Part shown: positions 49,051 through 57,722 of the stretch, in pieces
How the letters are laid out: the number at the start of each line of letters is the position of its first letter
How positions within the stretch are numbered: the stretch's first letter is position 1
From: Gemmatimonadaceae bacterium
GTDB taxonomy: Bacteria > Gemmatimonadota > Gemmatimonadetes > Gemmatimonadales > Gemmatimonadaceae
Assembly: GCA_025362635.1 (NCBI GenBank)
Contig: JANYFO010000161.1
Coordinates: forward strand, 1 to 57,722
DNA length: 57,722 nt
Direction: 5' to 3'
The notes under the pieces: generated by a model
The model's input: the letters and a program-made list of their open reading frames with translations, nothing else
Database searches by the model: none
Told to the model about the DNA's origin: nothing
Position numbers and translations under genes: made by a program

Positions 49051-49245
49051 ATGCCCTTGTCGCCCGAGTTGCTGAAGATCCTAGTGTGTCCCAAGTGTCG
49101 GGGGCCGCTCGAATATCACGTTGACCCGGTAGAAGTTTTACTCTGCCGAGCGTGTGCGTTGGTGTATGCAGTGCAAGATGGTATTCCGGTCATGCTCATT
49201 GACCAAGCGCGCCTGCTCGACGACGTGGAATTCCCAGTCGCGTGA
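49051..49245 (+). CDS. Trm112-like (YcaR) protein
   Basis: ILVCPKCRGPL..C..C...Y...DGIPVML.D.A. Confidence 0.88.
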   Translation: MPLSPELLKILVCPKCRGPLEYHVDPVEVLLCRACALVYAVQDGIPVMLIDQARLLDDVEFPVA

Positions 49246-50231
49246 CGCCACGTGAATGGATCAGCGACGTCGCGCTCGACGGTTTCGAAATGACGACGCT
49301 GCCATTAACGCCTGACGACGATGGCGTGCTGGTCGCGACATTGGTGCGACACGTGCGAACGCGCTCAACGCGTCGCGCGGTGTTGTATGTGCACGGATTT
49401 GTCGACTACTTCTTTCAATCGCATGTGGCGGCGGCGTTTGCCGCGCGCGGATGGGATTTCTACGCGTTGGATTTGCGTCGGTATGGTCGCTCGTTGCGCG
49501 CAGACAATCGACCAAACTACTGCACCAATCTCGCGCAGTACGATACCGAACTCGCACAAGCGCTTGACATTATTCGACGCGAAGATGGGCATGACACGGT
49601 TGCGTTGTTCGGACATTCGACGGGCGGCTTGATCGCCTCGTGGTACGTGCATCGCCACGGCGAAAAGAGCGGCGTAAACGCATTGTTGTTGAATAGTCCA
49701 TTCTTTGAATTTGCTGTGCCGACGCCTCGCCGTTACCTCCTGCCGCTGGTGACGGCGCTTGGAGCGGTGTTTCCGACGATTGCTGACCCGCAGGCTGTTT
49801 CCGCGCGCTACGGTGAGACGTTGCTCGCGCAGTATCACGGGGAGTGGACCTACGATGTGCGATGGAAGCCACTGAACGGATTTCCCGCATACTTCGGATG
49901 GATGCGCGCGATTCGACGTGTGCAAGCCCAGGTGGCGCGCGGGCTCCGCGTCTCGTGTCCGGTGCTGCTGCAACACGCTGGGCGATCGATGTATTCGGGC
50001 GCCGCATGGGAAGAGACATACCAGAGCGCGGACATCGTGCTGAACATCGATCACATGACATCGCGCGGCCCGCGCCTTGGAAAGGACGTGACACTGCAGG
50101 CATTTGCGGATGGCATACACGATCTCTTTTTGTCCCGTGAACCGGTACGCACGCGCGCGATCGATGCGGCGATTGCGTGGTTAGAGAGTCGGATCGCGTC
50201 AACCACTACTGCGGTGGGGCCGTTGCGATGA
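49242..50231 (+). CDS. Alpha/beta hydrolase (lysophospholipase-like)
   Basis: HGFVDYFF, DLRRYGRS, GHSTG, HDLFLS. Confidence 0.88.
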   Translation: MTPREWISDVALDGFEMTTLPLTPDDDGVLVATLVRHVRTRSTRRAVLYVHGFVDYFFQSHVAAAFAARGWDFYALDLRRYGRSLRADNRPNYCTNLAQYDTELAQALDIIRREDGHDTVALFGHSTGGLIASWYVHRHGEKSGVNALLLNSPFFEFAVPTPRRYLLPLVTALGAVFPTIADPQAVSARYGETLLAQYHGEWTYDVRWKPLNGFPAYFGWMRAIRRVQAQVARGLRVSCPVLLQHAGRSMYSGAAWEETYQSADIVLNIDHMTSRGPRLGKDVTLQAFADGIHDLFLSREPVRTRAIDAAIAWLESRIASTTTAVGPLR

Positions 50232-50773
50232 GCGACGCACTGCTGGAGGTGCGTGATACCATCCATCGGCTACTCCTGCGAGATTTACGCGCCATGCAAC
50301 GTGAGATTGACGCATATGTCGATGACGAGACGTTGTGGCGCGTCGTTCCCGGTATCAGCAATCCGGGTGGCACGCACGCGCTGCACATCGCGGGCAACCT
50401 CCGGTATTTCTTAGGTACTGTGTTGACCGACGGCGGCTACGTGCGCGATCGTGAGCATGAATTTTCAACGCGCGGCCAATCGCGCGCCGATGTGTCAACG
50501 GAAATCTTGCGAACAATGCAGCAAGTGACGCAAACGCTTTCTACAATAAATGCAGCGCAGCTTGAAGCACCATATCCCATCAAAATATTGGACGTGCAGC
50601 TTCGTACGGACGCGTTCCTGATGCATCTCGCGGTGCATCTTGGTTATCATCTCGGGCAACTCGACTATCACCGACGCATCGTATCTGGAGATCCGACCAC
50701 TGTGAATACCATGGGCACGATGGCACTCATTGCGCACTTGCCGAGTGCGTCGGCGTTGAGCGTGACACCATGA
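50228..50773 (+). CDS. DinB-like protein
   Basis: LHIAGNL, RDREHEF, HL.YHLGQLDYHRR. Confidence 0.82.
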   Translation: MSDALLEVRDTIHRLLLRDLRAMQREIDAYVDDETLWRVVPGISNPGGTHALHIAGNLRYFLGTVLTDGGYVRDREHEFSTRGQSRADVSTEILRTMQQVTQTLSTINAAQLEAPYPIKILDVQLRTDAFLMHLAVHLGYHLGQLDYHRRIVSGDPTTVNTMGTMALIAHLPSASALSVTP

Positions 50774-51885
50774 GTGACGAACTGCGGGATGCAACGCGTG
50801 TGGTGCGAGCCGGGTTGCCGCATGCCACGCCGGGTACGCCGTACCTACCCGGACCCACGTTTGCAGCGCCGTTTCACGCGGCGGGTGATGTAGTGGATTC
50901 GCCGTACACGTACGGTCGTTTTCATAATCCGACGTGGACCAACTACGAACGTGCGTTAGAAGAGTTGGAAGGCGGACCAACGGTGCTCTTTCCGTCTGGT
51001 ATGGCGGCAACCGCGGCGTTACTCGGTACCGTGCTCAAGGCGGGTCAGAAAATTGTCATGCCCGATGACTGTTACTACACCACACGCCTGATCACGACAC
51101 AGTATTTCGCGACACATGGTATTGAAGTGGTGATGGCACCGACCGCGAACGACGCGCAACGCGCCCTGCTTGATGGTGCCGCTTTGTTGTGGCTCGAATC
51201 GCCAACCAATCCCGGACTTGATGTCTGCGACATTGCCGCACTTTCCGCCGCCGCACATGATGTGGGCGCATTAGTCGCGGTAGATAACACGACCGCCACC
51301 GTACTCGGGCAGCGACCGCTTGCACTCGGCGCTGACTTTGCCGTTGTGTCGGACACCAAAGCGATGACCGGTCACGCCGATGTCGTTCTCGGCCACGTTG
51401 CGGCGAAGGATGCGATGTGGGCGGACGCACTCCGCACTTGGCGTACGCGCATGGGTTCGATTCCTGGGCCGATGGAAGTGTGGCTCGCGCATCGTTCGTT
51501 GGGCACGCTTGACGTCCGTCTCTCGCGCCAGTGCGACAGTGCCATGCAGATGGCGACGTTTCTTTTGTCGCACGCGAAGGTGCGCAGTGTGCGTTATCCC
51601 GGACTACCAACCGACGCGTCGCACGCGACTGCCGCGAAGCAGATGACGCGCTTTGGGCCCGTGATCAGTTTCGAGCTTGACGGTCGCGCCGAAGTGGAAC
51701 GGTTTTTTGCAGCGGCAACGTTGGTGCACGAAGCGACAAGTTTTGGTGGTATTCACACGAGCGCGGAACGTCGTGCGCGTTGGAGTGCCGACGCGGTATC
51801 CGAAGGATTCGTGCGCCTCAGCATTGGGCTTGAGGATGTGCGTGATTTGCTCAACGATTTTGCAACGGCGCTCGCCGCCGTATGA
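50770..51885 (+). CDS. Cystathionine gamma-lyase/synthase family PLP enzyme
   Basis: YGR..NPT, SGMAA, ESPTNP, DNT, SDTK (PLP Lys), RLSIGLED. Confidence 0.9.
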   Translation: MSDELRDATRVVRAGLPHATPGTPYLPGPTFAAPFHAAGDVVDSPYTYGRFHNPTWTNYERALEELEGGPTVLFPSGMAATAALLGTVLKAGQKIVMPDDCYYTTRLITTQYFATHGIEVVMAPTANDAQRALLDGAALLWLESPTNPGLDVCDIAALSAAAHDVGALVAVDNTTATVLGQRPLALGADFAVVSDTKAMTGHADVVLGHVAAKDAMWADALRTWRTRMGSIPGPMEVWLAHRSLGTLDVRLSRQCDSAMQMATFLLSHAKVRSVRYPGLPTDASHATAAKQMTRFGPVISFELDGRAEVERFFAAATLVHEATSFGGIHTSAERRARWSADAVSEGFVRLSIGLEDVRDLLNDFATALAAV

Positions 51886-51897
51886 GGATAACGTCCG

Positions 51898-53541
51898 ATG
51901 AATGACGGGATGGATCGTCGTAATTTTGTTGGGACATCGTTGGCGGCAGGGGCCGCAATGTTGATCACGCCCACTGCTGCTGCACGTGCCGACGGTGCGT
52001 TACGGACGGAAGATGACGTTGTGCCAACGAAGTTTGCTTTCGCCGAAGTGTCGGTGTCGGAGTTACAGGCGCGTATGACGAAGGGTACGCTCACGTCACA
52101 TGCACTCACCGCGGCGTATCTTGCGCGCATTGCGGCTATTGATGCGAGTGGTCCGTCCTTGCATGCGGTGATTGAGCGCAATCCAGACGCGCTGGCCATT
52201 GCGGACGCAATGGATGCCGAACGCAAGCAAGGCAAAGTGCGTGGACCGCTCCATGGCATTCCGGTATTGATCAAGGACAACATCGATAGTGCCGACAAGA
52301 TGGCGACGTCTGCGGGTTCGATGGCGTTGGCCGGTTCATCGGCGCCGCGTGACGCGTTTATTTTGGAGAAGTTGCGCGCGGCTGGCGCGGTGTTGCTGGG
52401 AAAAACCAATTTGAGTGAGTGGGCGAATTTTCGTTCGACGCGTTCCACGAGTGGCTGGAGTGGTCGCGGCGGTCAGACGCGCAATCCCTACGTGCTGGAT
52501 CGCAACCCGTGTGGATCGAGTTCCGGCACCGGGTCGGCGATCTCCGCCAATCTTGCAGCGGTTGGCATTGGTACGGAGACGGATGGTTCGATCATTTGCC
52601 CGTCGTCAATTTGCGGGTTGGTGGGAATCAAGCCCACCGTTGGGTTATTGAGTCGGAGCGGCATTATTCCGATCTCCGTGTCGCAGGATACTGCTGGGCC
52701 GATGGCACGTACGGTTGCCGATGCGGCGGTGTTGCTGGGTGTGCTGACTGGTGTTGATTCGCGTGATGCAGCGACGACGGCAAGCAATGGCAAGTCGAAG
52801 ACCGACTATACGCAATTTCTTGATGCGAAGGCGTTGAAGGGCGCGCGCATTGGTGTCGCGCGCAACATGGCCGGATTTCATCCGCAGGTAGATGCCACGT
52901 TTGAGGCGGCCATTGCGGCGCTGCGTACTGCTGGCGCCATTATTGTCGACCCGGCAAACGTGCCAACCGTGGGCAAGTACGACGAAGCCGAGGCCGAAGT
53001 GTTGCAGTATGAGTTTAAGGATGGGGTGAACAAGTATCTCGCATCGCGTGGTGCGACATCGCGCATGAAAACGTTGGAAGACCTCATAGCGTTCAACAAA
53101 AGCAACGTCGCGCGTGAGATGCCATGGTTTGGGCAAGAGCAGTTTGTAAAGTCCCAAGCGAAGGGTCCGCTGAGTGATCAGAAGTACCTCGACGCGCTCG
53201 CGCTCTGTCGCAAACTGTCGCGCGCAGATGGCATCGATGCGGTGATGGCCAAGCATCAACTCGATGCGATTGTCGCGCCGTCCAACGGACCATCATGGCC
53301 TACCGATTTGGTCAACGGCGATCACTACGGCGGTGGAAACAGCAGTGTGGCCGCTGTTGCTGGATATCCCAGCATTACGGTGCCCATGGGCTTTACGGCC
53401 GAATTGCCGCTTGGGCTTTCGTTCATTGGCAGCGCGTGGAGCGAGCCAAAACTTATTGCTTTGGCATATGCGTACGAGCAAGCCACGCACGCGCGTCGCG
53501 AACCAAAGTTTTTGCCATCGGCGTCGTACGTGCGCGCATGA
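51898..53541 (+). CDS. Tat-exported amidase (amidase signature family)
   Basis: RRNF Tat signal, IKDNI, GSSSG, GTETDGSI. Confidence 0.92.
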   Translation: MNDGMDRRNFVGTSLAAGAAMLITPTAAARADGALRTEDDVVPTKFAFAEVSVSELQARMTKGTLTSHALTAAYLARIAAIDASGPSLHAVIERNPDALAIADAMDAERKQGKVRGPLHGIPVLIKDNIDSADKMATSAGSMALAGSSAPRDAFILEKLRAAGAVLLGKTNLSEWANFRSTRSTSGWSGRGGQTRNPYVLDRNPCGSSSGTGSAISANLAAVGIGTETDGSIICPSSICGLVGIKPTVGLLSRSGIIPISVSQDTAGPMARTVADAAVLLGVLTGVDSRDAATTASNGKSKTDYTQFLDAKALKGARIGVARNMAGFHPQVDATFEAAIAALRTAGAIIVDPANVPTVGKYDEAEAEVLQYEFKDGVNKYLASRGATSRMKTLEDLIAFNKSNVAREMPWFGQEQFVKSQAKGPLSDQKYLDALALCRKLSRADGIDAVMAKHQLDAIVAPSNGPSWPTDLVNGDHYGGGNSSVAAVAGYPSITVPMGFTAELPLGLSFIGSAWSEPKLIALAYAYEQATHARREPKFLPSASYVRA

Positions 53542-53891
53542 GTGACAATGCGGGACCGACAAACCCACGCCGTGGCGCACTGATCGCGCTGGCGGTCGCT
53601 GTTGTGCTTGGCGTAGGCACATGGTTTGGATTGTCGCTTGCAGCGGACAAAGGACTGGATCGCCTCGCACGCATCGATCGGCTGCGTGCGGGGTGCGACA
53701 GTGCGTGGAGTAGCAGTCGTACGCGCGCGGATTCACTGCGCGTGAATACGCGAGCGCTCTCCGACACGATTGACCCGCGATCAAATGCCGCGCTGAAAGT
53801 GTGCGGCAGTTTGCGGTTAAACACTGAAGCGAAGCGGCTGCCCAACCCGCGGGAAATGTCGGGCGAACCCATGCCACGAGGGCTGCGCTAA
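53538..53891 (+). CDS. Hypothetical membrane-anchored protein
   Basis: Overlaps both neighbours (ATGA, TAATG); one TM and two Cys. Confidence 0.6.
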   Translation: MSDNAGPTNPRRGALIALAVAVVLGVGTWFGLSLAADKGLDRLARIDRLRAGCDSAWSSSRTRADSLRVNTRALSDTIDPRSNAALKVCGSLRLNTEAKRLPNPREMSGEPMPRGLR

Positions 53892-55054
53892 TGCGACGAG
53901 CTTCGCTCATTGTTGTTGGACTCGTCGTGGTTGCGGCGTATTTTCTCGCTCCCATTGTAGTGGATGGGCGTATGAACACGGTAAGTGCGACGCCGTTGCC
54001 GACTGTTTCTCCAGAAGCGAAATTGTTGCACAAAAGTTTATTCGTCGCTGACCTGCACGCTGACGAATTGTTGTGGGGGCGCGACCCACTCGTGCATGCG
54101 AATCGTGGACACGTTGATATTCCGCGTTTGCAAGAGGGCAATGTGGCATTGCAAGTGTTTTCCGTAGTGACGAAAACACCACGCGGCATGAACTACGATC
54201 ACAATACGGGGGAGACGGACAACATTCTTTTGCTCGCGCTCCTGCAACGTTGGCCCGTTGCCACATGGCGCAGCTTACGTGCGCGCGCCGTGTATCAAGC
54301 GCAGCAATTGTATGACGCCGCCGCGCGATCCAATGGTTCGTTCACGGTCATCACTACGCAAAAGCAATTCACCGACTTTGTCACGCGTCGAGCGACTAAC
54401 CCTTCACTTGTTGGTGGTGTACTGGCCATTGAAGGTTTGCACGCATTGGATGGTAAACTTGAAAGCGTCGACACGCTGTTCGCGGCCGGTTTCCGGATGA
54501 TGGGGCTCACGCACTTTTTTGACAACGAAGTCGCGGCAAGTGCCCACGGTGTCACGCACGCGGGCATCACGCCATTTGGTCGCACGGTGTTGCAGCGCAT
54601 GAATGCTCTGGGCATGATTGTTGACTTGGCGCACGCATCTCCGCAAACAGTGGAAGAAGCCCTCACGCTCTATCCCGGACCAATTGTTGTTTCGCATACC
54701 GGTGTGGTCGGAACGTGTCCCGGTCCACGCAACTTGACCGACGAACAGCTGCAGAAAATCGCCGCGCACGGTGGCGTGATTGGTATCGGCTATTGGGATG
54801 CAGCGACCTGCACGGTGGGTGTCGATGCGGTGGTGCGCGCCATCATGTACGCCGCAAAAATTGCAGGCGCCGACCACGTGGCGCTTGGGTCTGATTTTGA
54901 TGGTGCTACGCATGAACCGTTTGACACCAGTCATCTCGATGTCATCACCGATGGCCTATTGAAGGCGGGTATGTCCGCCGATGACGTGCGAAAAGTCATG
55001 GGAGGCAACGTCGGCGCGTTCTTGGCCGCATCGCTGCCGATCGGCGGGACATGA
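53891..55054 (+). CDS. Membrane dipeptidase (M19)
   Basis: DLHAD, IEG, DLAH, SHTG, LGSDFDG, GGN. Confidence 0.92.
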   Translation: MRRASLIVVGLVVVAAYFLAPIVVDGRMNTVSATPLPTVSPEAKLLHKSLFVADLHADELLWGRDPLVHANRGHVDIPRLQEGNVALQVFSVVTKTPRGMNYDHNTGETDNILLLALLQRWPVATWRSLRARAVYQAQQLYDAAARSNGSFTVITTQKQFTDFVTRRATNPSLVGGVLAIEGLHALDGKLESVDTLFAAGFRMMGLTHFFDNEVAASAHGVTHAGITPFGRTVLQRMNALGMIVDLAHASPQTVEEALTLYPGPIVVSHTGVVGTCPGPRNLTDEQLQKIAAHGGVIGIGYWDAATCTVGVDAVVRAIMYAAKIAGADHVALGSDFDGATHEPFDTSHLDVITDGLLKAGMSADDVRKVMGGNVGAFLAASLPIGGT

Positions 55055-57722
55055 CATCAGTCACCACGCCATCTCCCTCGCAGCAAAGTGCCATCGAAGC
55101 GAACCCGCATGCGCTGCTCGTGCTCGCGGGTCCGGGCGCTGGTAAAACATATTGTCTTACAGAACGCATTCGCTTTCTCATTGAGCACCATCAATTTGAT
55201 CCCGCACGTATTTGCGCATTCACATTCACCAACAAGGCCGCTGGTGAGATAGCGCACCGACTCACCGCCCGCTTAGGGACGGCCGCCGCGCACATCACAC
55301 GCGGCACACTCCACGCATTTTGCGCGGAATTATTGCGCGAGTTTGGCACGTATGTCGGGCTCGATCCTGGTTTTGGCATTGCCGACGAAGAGTATCAGCT
55401 GAGCGCGCTGCGTCGTATTGAAGGTCCGCGCAAATGGCATCGTAGCACGCTCACGCGCTTTTCGGCGTATCGATTTCGCGGCGACTCCATGTTCGCCAAT
55501 GACATGAAGCTATTTGCGGAGTACGAGCGTTTTTTAGGCGATCGTAACATCGTCGACTTCGACACACTGGTGATCAAGGCAGTTGAACTGCTGGAGACGT
55601 CAAACGCTGCGGCTACTATCCGCGCTCGTTTTGATGTAGTGCTCGTCGACGAGTTTCAGGACTTGAATCCGTTGCAGTATCGCGTCGTGCGGGCCCTCGC
55701 TCACGAACATCGTCACGTGTTTGCCGTGGGAGACGATGATCAGTCCATCTACTCATGGGCGGGTGCCGACCCTACGGTGTTTATAACGTTCGTGAATGAT
55801 TTTGGTGTCTCCGCCAAAATCGAACTTGAGGAGAATCGACGTTGTCCGCAGGATGTGTTTGCTGTTGCACGACAGTTGGTGATGGTCAACACGCCACTTT
55901 TCGCCAACCGCATACCAGCTCGCGCCGATCGCGCCTCCGCGTTTCCAGTACAGGCGCTACGCTTCGCGACGGACGATGACGAGGCCACGTGGATCATTGA
56001 GGACATTCGCCGAGACCGTGCGCAATATGGGCATGCGTGGGGTGACGTCGCGTTGTTGTACCGCGCGCATGCGATCGGCTATCGTCTTGAAGCTGCGTGC
56101 CTGAACGCCGGTGTACCATGTCTGCTTGCAAAAGGGCGTGCGCTTGCAGACGACAAAGTTGTGCGGTATGTGATTGCCGCCGCGCGCGTCATCGCATCAC
56201 CGCAGGACGATCTCTTTCGCAACGCATTTTTCCGTGAACTATTGCCACGTGCACTCTTTGACGAAGCGATGGCGAAGGCGGAGGAGAGCGGAACAGTACT
56301 TGGCAAGCAACTCGGTCGCATGGCTGCGCAGCTTCCGCGCGCCGACGAAAGCGGTCGACAAATTCGTCGCGCGCTCGCTGATTCGCGTAACCTTGAGGCG
56401 ATTGGTCAGCAGCAGGATTCGTTAACGACACTCGTGCAGGATTTGTTGTCGCGTAAAGTGGGCGCGACTCGTTTGGTCTTGGACGATCACCACGACGAGA
56501 TCACCGATCCGGCTACGCTTCCCGATGTCGTGGCGCTGGCTGCTGTCCTGCGAGACGCACGTACGCGTCGCGCCGAGTTTTGGATTCCACCGCTGGGCGG
56601 TGTGGAAATTCCGTTGGCGGCTATGTTGGCCGAAGTTGGCATTAACGTGGTGCGGGGGGTCGAGCCGCCTCACGTGAATGCGCTGCGACTAGTGCCGGAG
56701 TCAATCACCTCTGTTGACTTGCCACTCGGCGTGTTTAAAGCGGCGCAACTTCTTGAAATGAGTGCGTCCGCCGAAGCGTTTACCAACTTTACGGCCGTTG
56801 ACCTCGAAACCACTGACAACGACACAAGTCTTGCGGAAATAGTCGAAATTGCAGCAGTACGCGTGCGCGATGGAAAAGTCGTCGCGGAGTTCGCGCGCTT
56901 GGTGAAGCCGCGGACCGCGATCGCGCCTGGTGCGACGGCAACGCACGGTATTGATGCCGCGGAGTTGGCGGACAAGCCGTACTTCGAAGATGTGTGGACC
57001 GAGTTCCGCGATTTTCTCGGCGACGACATCGTGGTGGCGCATAATGGCTACGATTTCGATTTTCAGATTTTGAGCCGGATGGCCAAAGAGCACGGACAAT
57101 TGTTTGACGTCACCACGTTTGACACGTTGCCGTTAGCCCGAGACCTGTTTCCGACCAGTCGCAAACTCGTTGATCTGGCACGACGTTTTGGTGTGTCAAC
57201 AGGGCAATCGCATCGTGCGCTCGATGACACACGTGCCTTGGCGCATGTGACGTTGGCGCTTGGACGCGCGAAAGTAGAACGCGCACGCAAAACCGCGCTC
57301 AGTGACCAGCTTGGACATGTGGGTGTCGCGCTCGCACTCTCCGACGCGGAGTCGCTCAACACCGAGGGCGTGTTATTTCAAAAATTGACCCGCGTGTCTG
57401 CTTTAGGTCGATACAGTGGCGCAATTGACTGGTACCAGAAAACGCGCGGAGACGATGACGCATTGCCAACGGTCGAGGCCTTGATTGAACGACTTGGCGG
57501 TGTCGCACTCATGGAAAAGATTCGGACTGCAAAATCGGCCGATGATCGTTATCCCGAAGCCATGCTGCGATTGCGCAGACTGATCGCAGAGTTGCCGGAT
57601 GCGTCATTTCACGACCAGCTTTCTGTATTTCTTGAGCGCGTTGTTCTTTCGAAATTTGACGGAGAGAAAAGTGCGAATGATCGCGTGAATCTGTTAACGC
57701 TGCATTCAACAAAGGGATTGGA
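55051..57722 (+). CDS. UvrD/PcrA-like SF1 helicase with inserted DEDDh 3'-5' exonuclease; 3'-truncated by the window
   Basis: Motif regions translated by hand (absent from the ORF track): AGPGAGKT, FTNKAA, VDEFQD, GDDDQSIY, then DLETT/AHNGYDFD/HRALDD, then TLHSTKGL, all in one frame. Confidence 0.9.
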   Translation, partial: MTSVTTPSPSQQSAIEANPHALLVLAGPGAGKTYCLTERIRFLIEHHQFDPARICAFTFTNKAAGEIAHRLTARLGTAAAHITRGTLHAFCAELLREFGTYVGLDPGFGIADEEYQLSALRRIEGPRKWHRSTLTRFSAYRFRGDSMFANDMKLFAEYERFLGDRNIVDFDTLVIKAVELLETSNAAATIRARFDVVLVDEFQDLNPLQYRVVRALAHEHRHVFAVGDDDQSIYSWAGADPTVFITFVNDFGVSAKIELEENRRCPQDVFAVARQLVMVNTPLFANRIPARADRASAFPVQALRFATDDDEATWIIEDIRRDRAQYGHAWGDVALLYRAHAIGYRLEAACLNAGVPCLLAKGRALADDKVVRYVIAAARVIASPQDDLFRNAFFRELLPRALFDEAMAKAEESGTVLGKQLGRMAAQLPRADESGRQIRRALADSRNLEAIGQQQDSLTTLVQDLLSRKVGATRLVLDDHHDEITDPATLPDVVALAAVLRDARTRRAEFWIPPLGGVEIPLAAMLAEVGINVVRGVEPPHVNALRLVPESITSVDLPLGVFKAAQLLEMSASAEAFTNFTAVDLETTDNDTSLAEIVEIAAVRVRDGKVVAEFARLVKPRTAIAPGATATHGIDAAELADKPYFEDVWTEFRDFLGDDIVVAHNGYDFDFQILSRMAKEHGQLFDVTTFDTLPLARDLFPTSRKLVDLARRFGVSTGQSHRALDDTRALAHVTLALGRAKVERARKTALSDQLGHVGVALALSDAESLNTEGVLFQKLTRVSALGRYSGAIDWYQKTRGDDDALPTVEALIERLGGVALMEKIRTAKSADDRYPEAMLRLRRLIAELPDASFHDQLSVFLERVVLSKFDGEKSANDRVNLLTLHSTKGL

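Noticed and set aside
1-57722. CRISPR array, tRNA/rRNA, integrase, transposase or anti-phage defence genes
   Set aside because: No regularly spaced repeat-spacer pattern or recognisable motifs found by eye.

Overview
A GC-rich bacterial window. The futalosine-pathway mqnD, PD40-amidohydrolase and Tat-exported SOD/amidase suggest a Gemmatimonadota-like host (inference only). Core-like genes lie at 1-1.7 kb (mqnD, zinc-ribbon protein) and from 37.3 kb onward (glnA, SOD, GNAT, a second P1B ATPase, methyltransferase, DinB x2, amidohydrolase, mog, Trm112-like, cystathionine lyase, amidase, dipeptidase, and a UvrD-exonuclease fusion that runs off the end). Between them is a ~35 kb copper/heavy-metal accessory region with no visible integrase or transposase. 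It carries copCD, a BlaI/M56-protease pair, TolC plus a two-domain multicopper oxidase, ackA-xfp-FixJ-like-ppk2, a Cu P1B ATPase, cusCBA, a GDCCVxC protein and a Met-rich DUF305 protein. Three signals stand out. (1) Directly downstream of cusCBA is a four-gene redox module (Rieske, cytochrome b/c fusion, Cyc2-like cytochrome-porin, periplasmic cytochrome c) that could form a quinone-to-cell-surface electron conduit. (2) A Cys-free BlaI repressor is paired with a His/Cys-rich M56 protease, a possible proteolytic metal sensor. (3) A recurring TTTAC-N5-GTAAA(ATAC)-like motif occurs at five gene-boundary or promoter regions of the island. All product calls come from motif recognition by eye; no database search was run.
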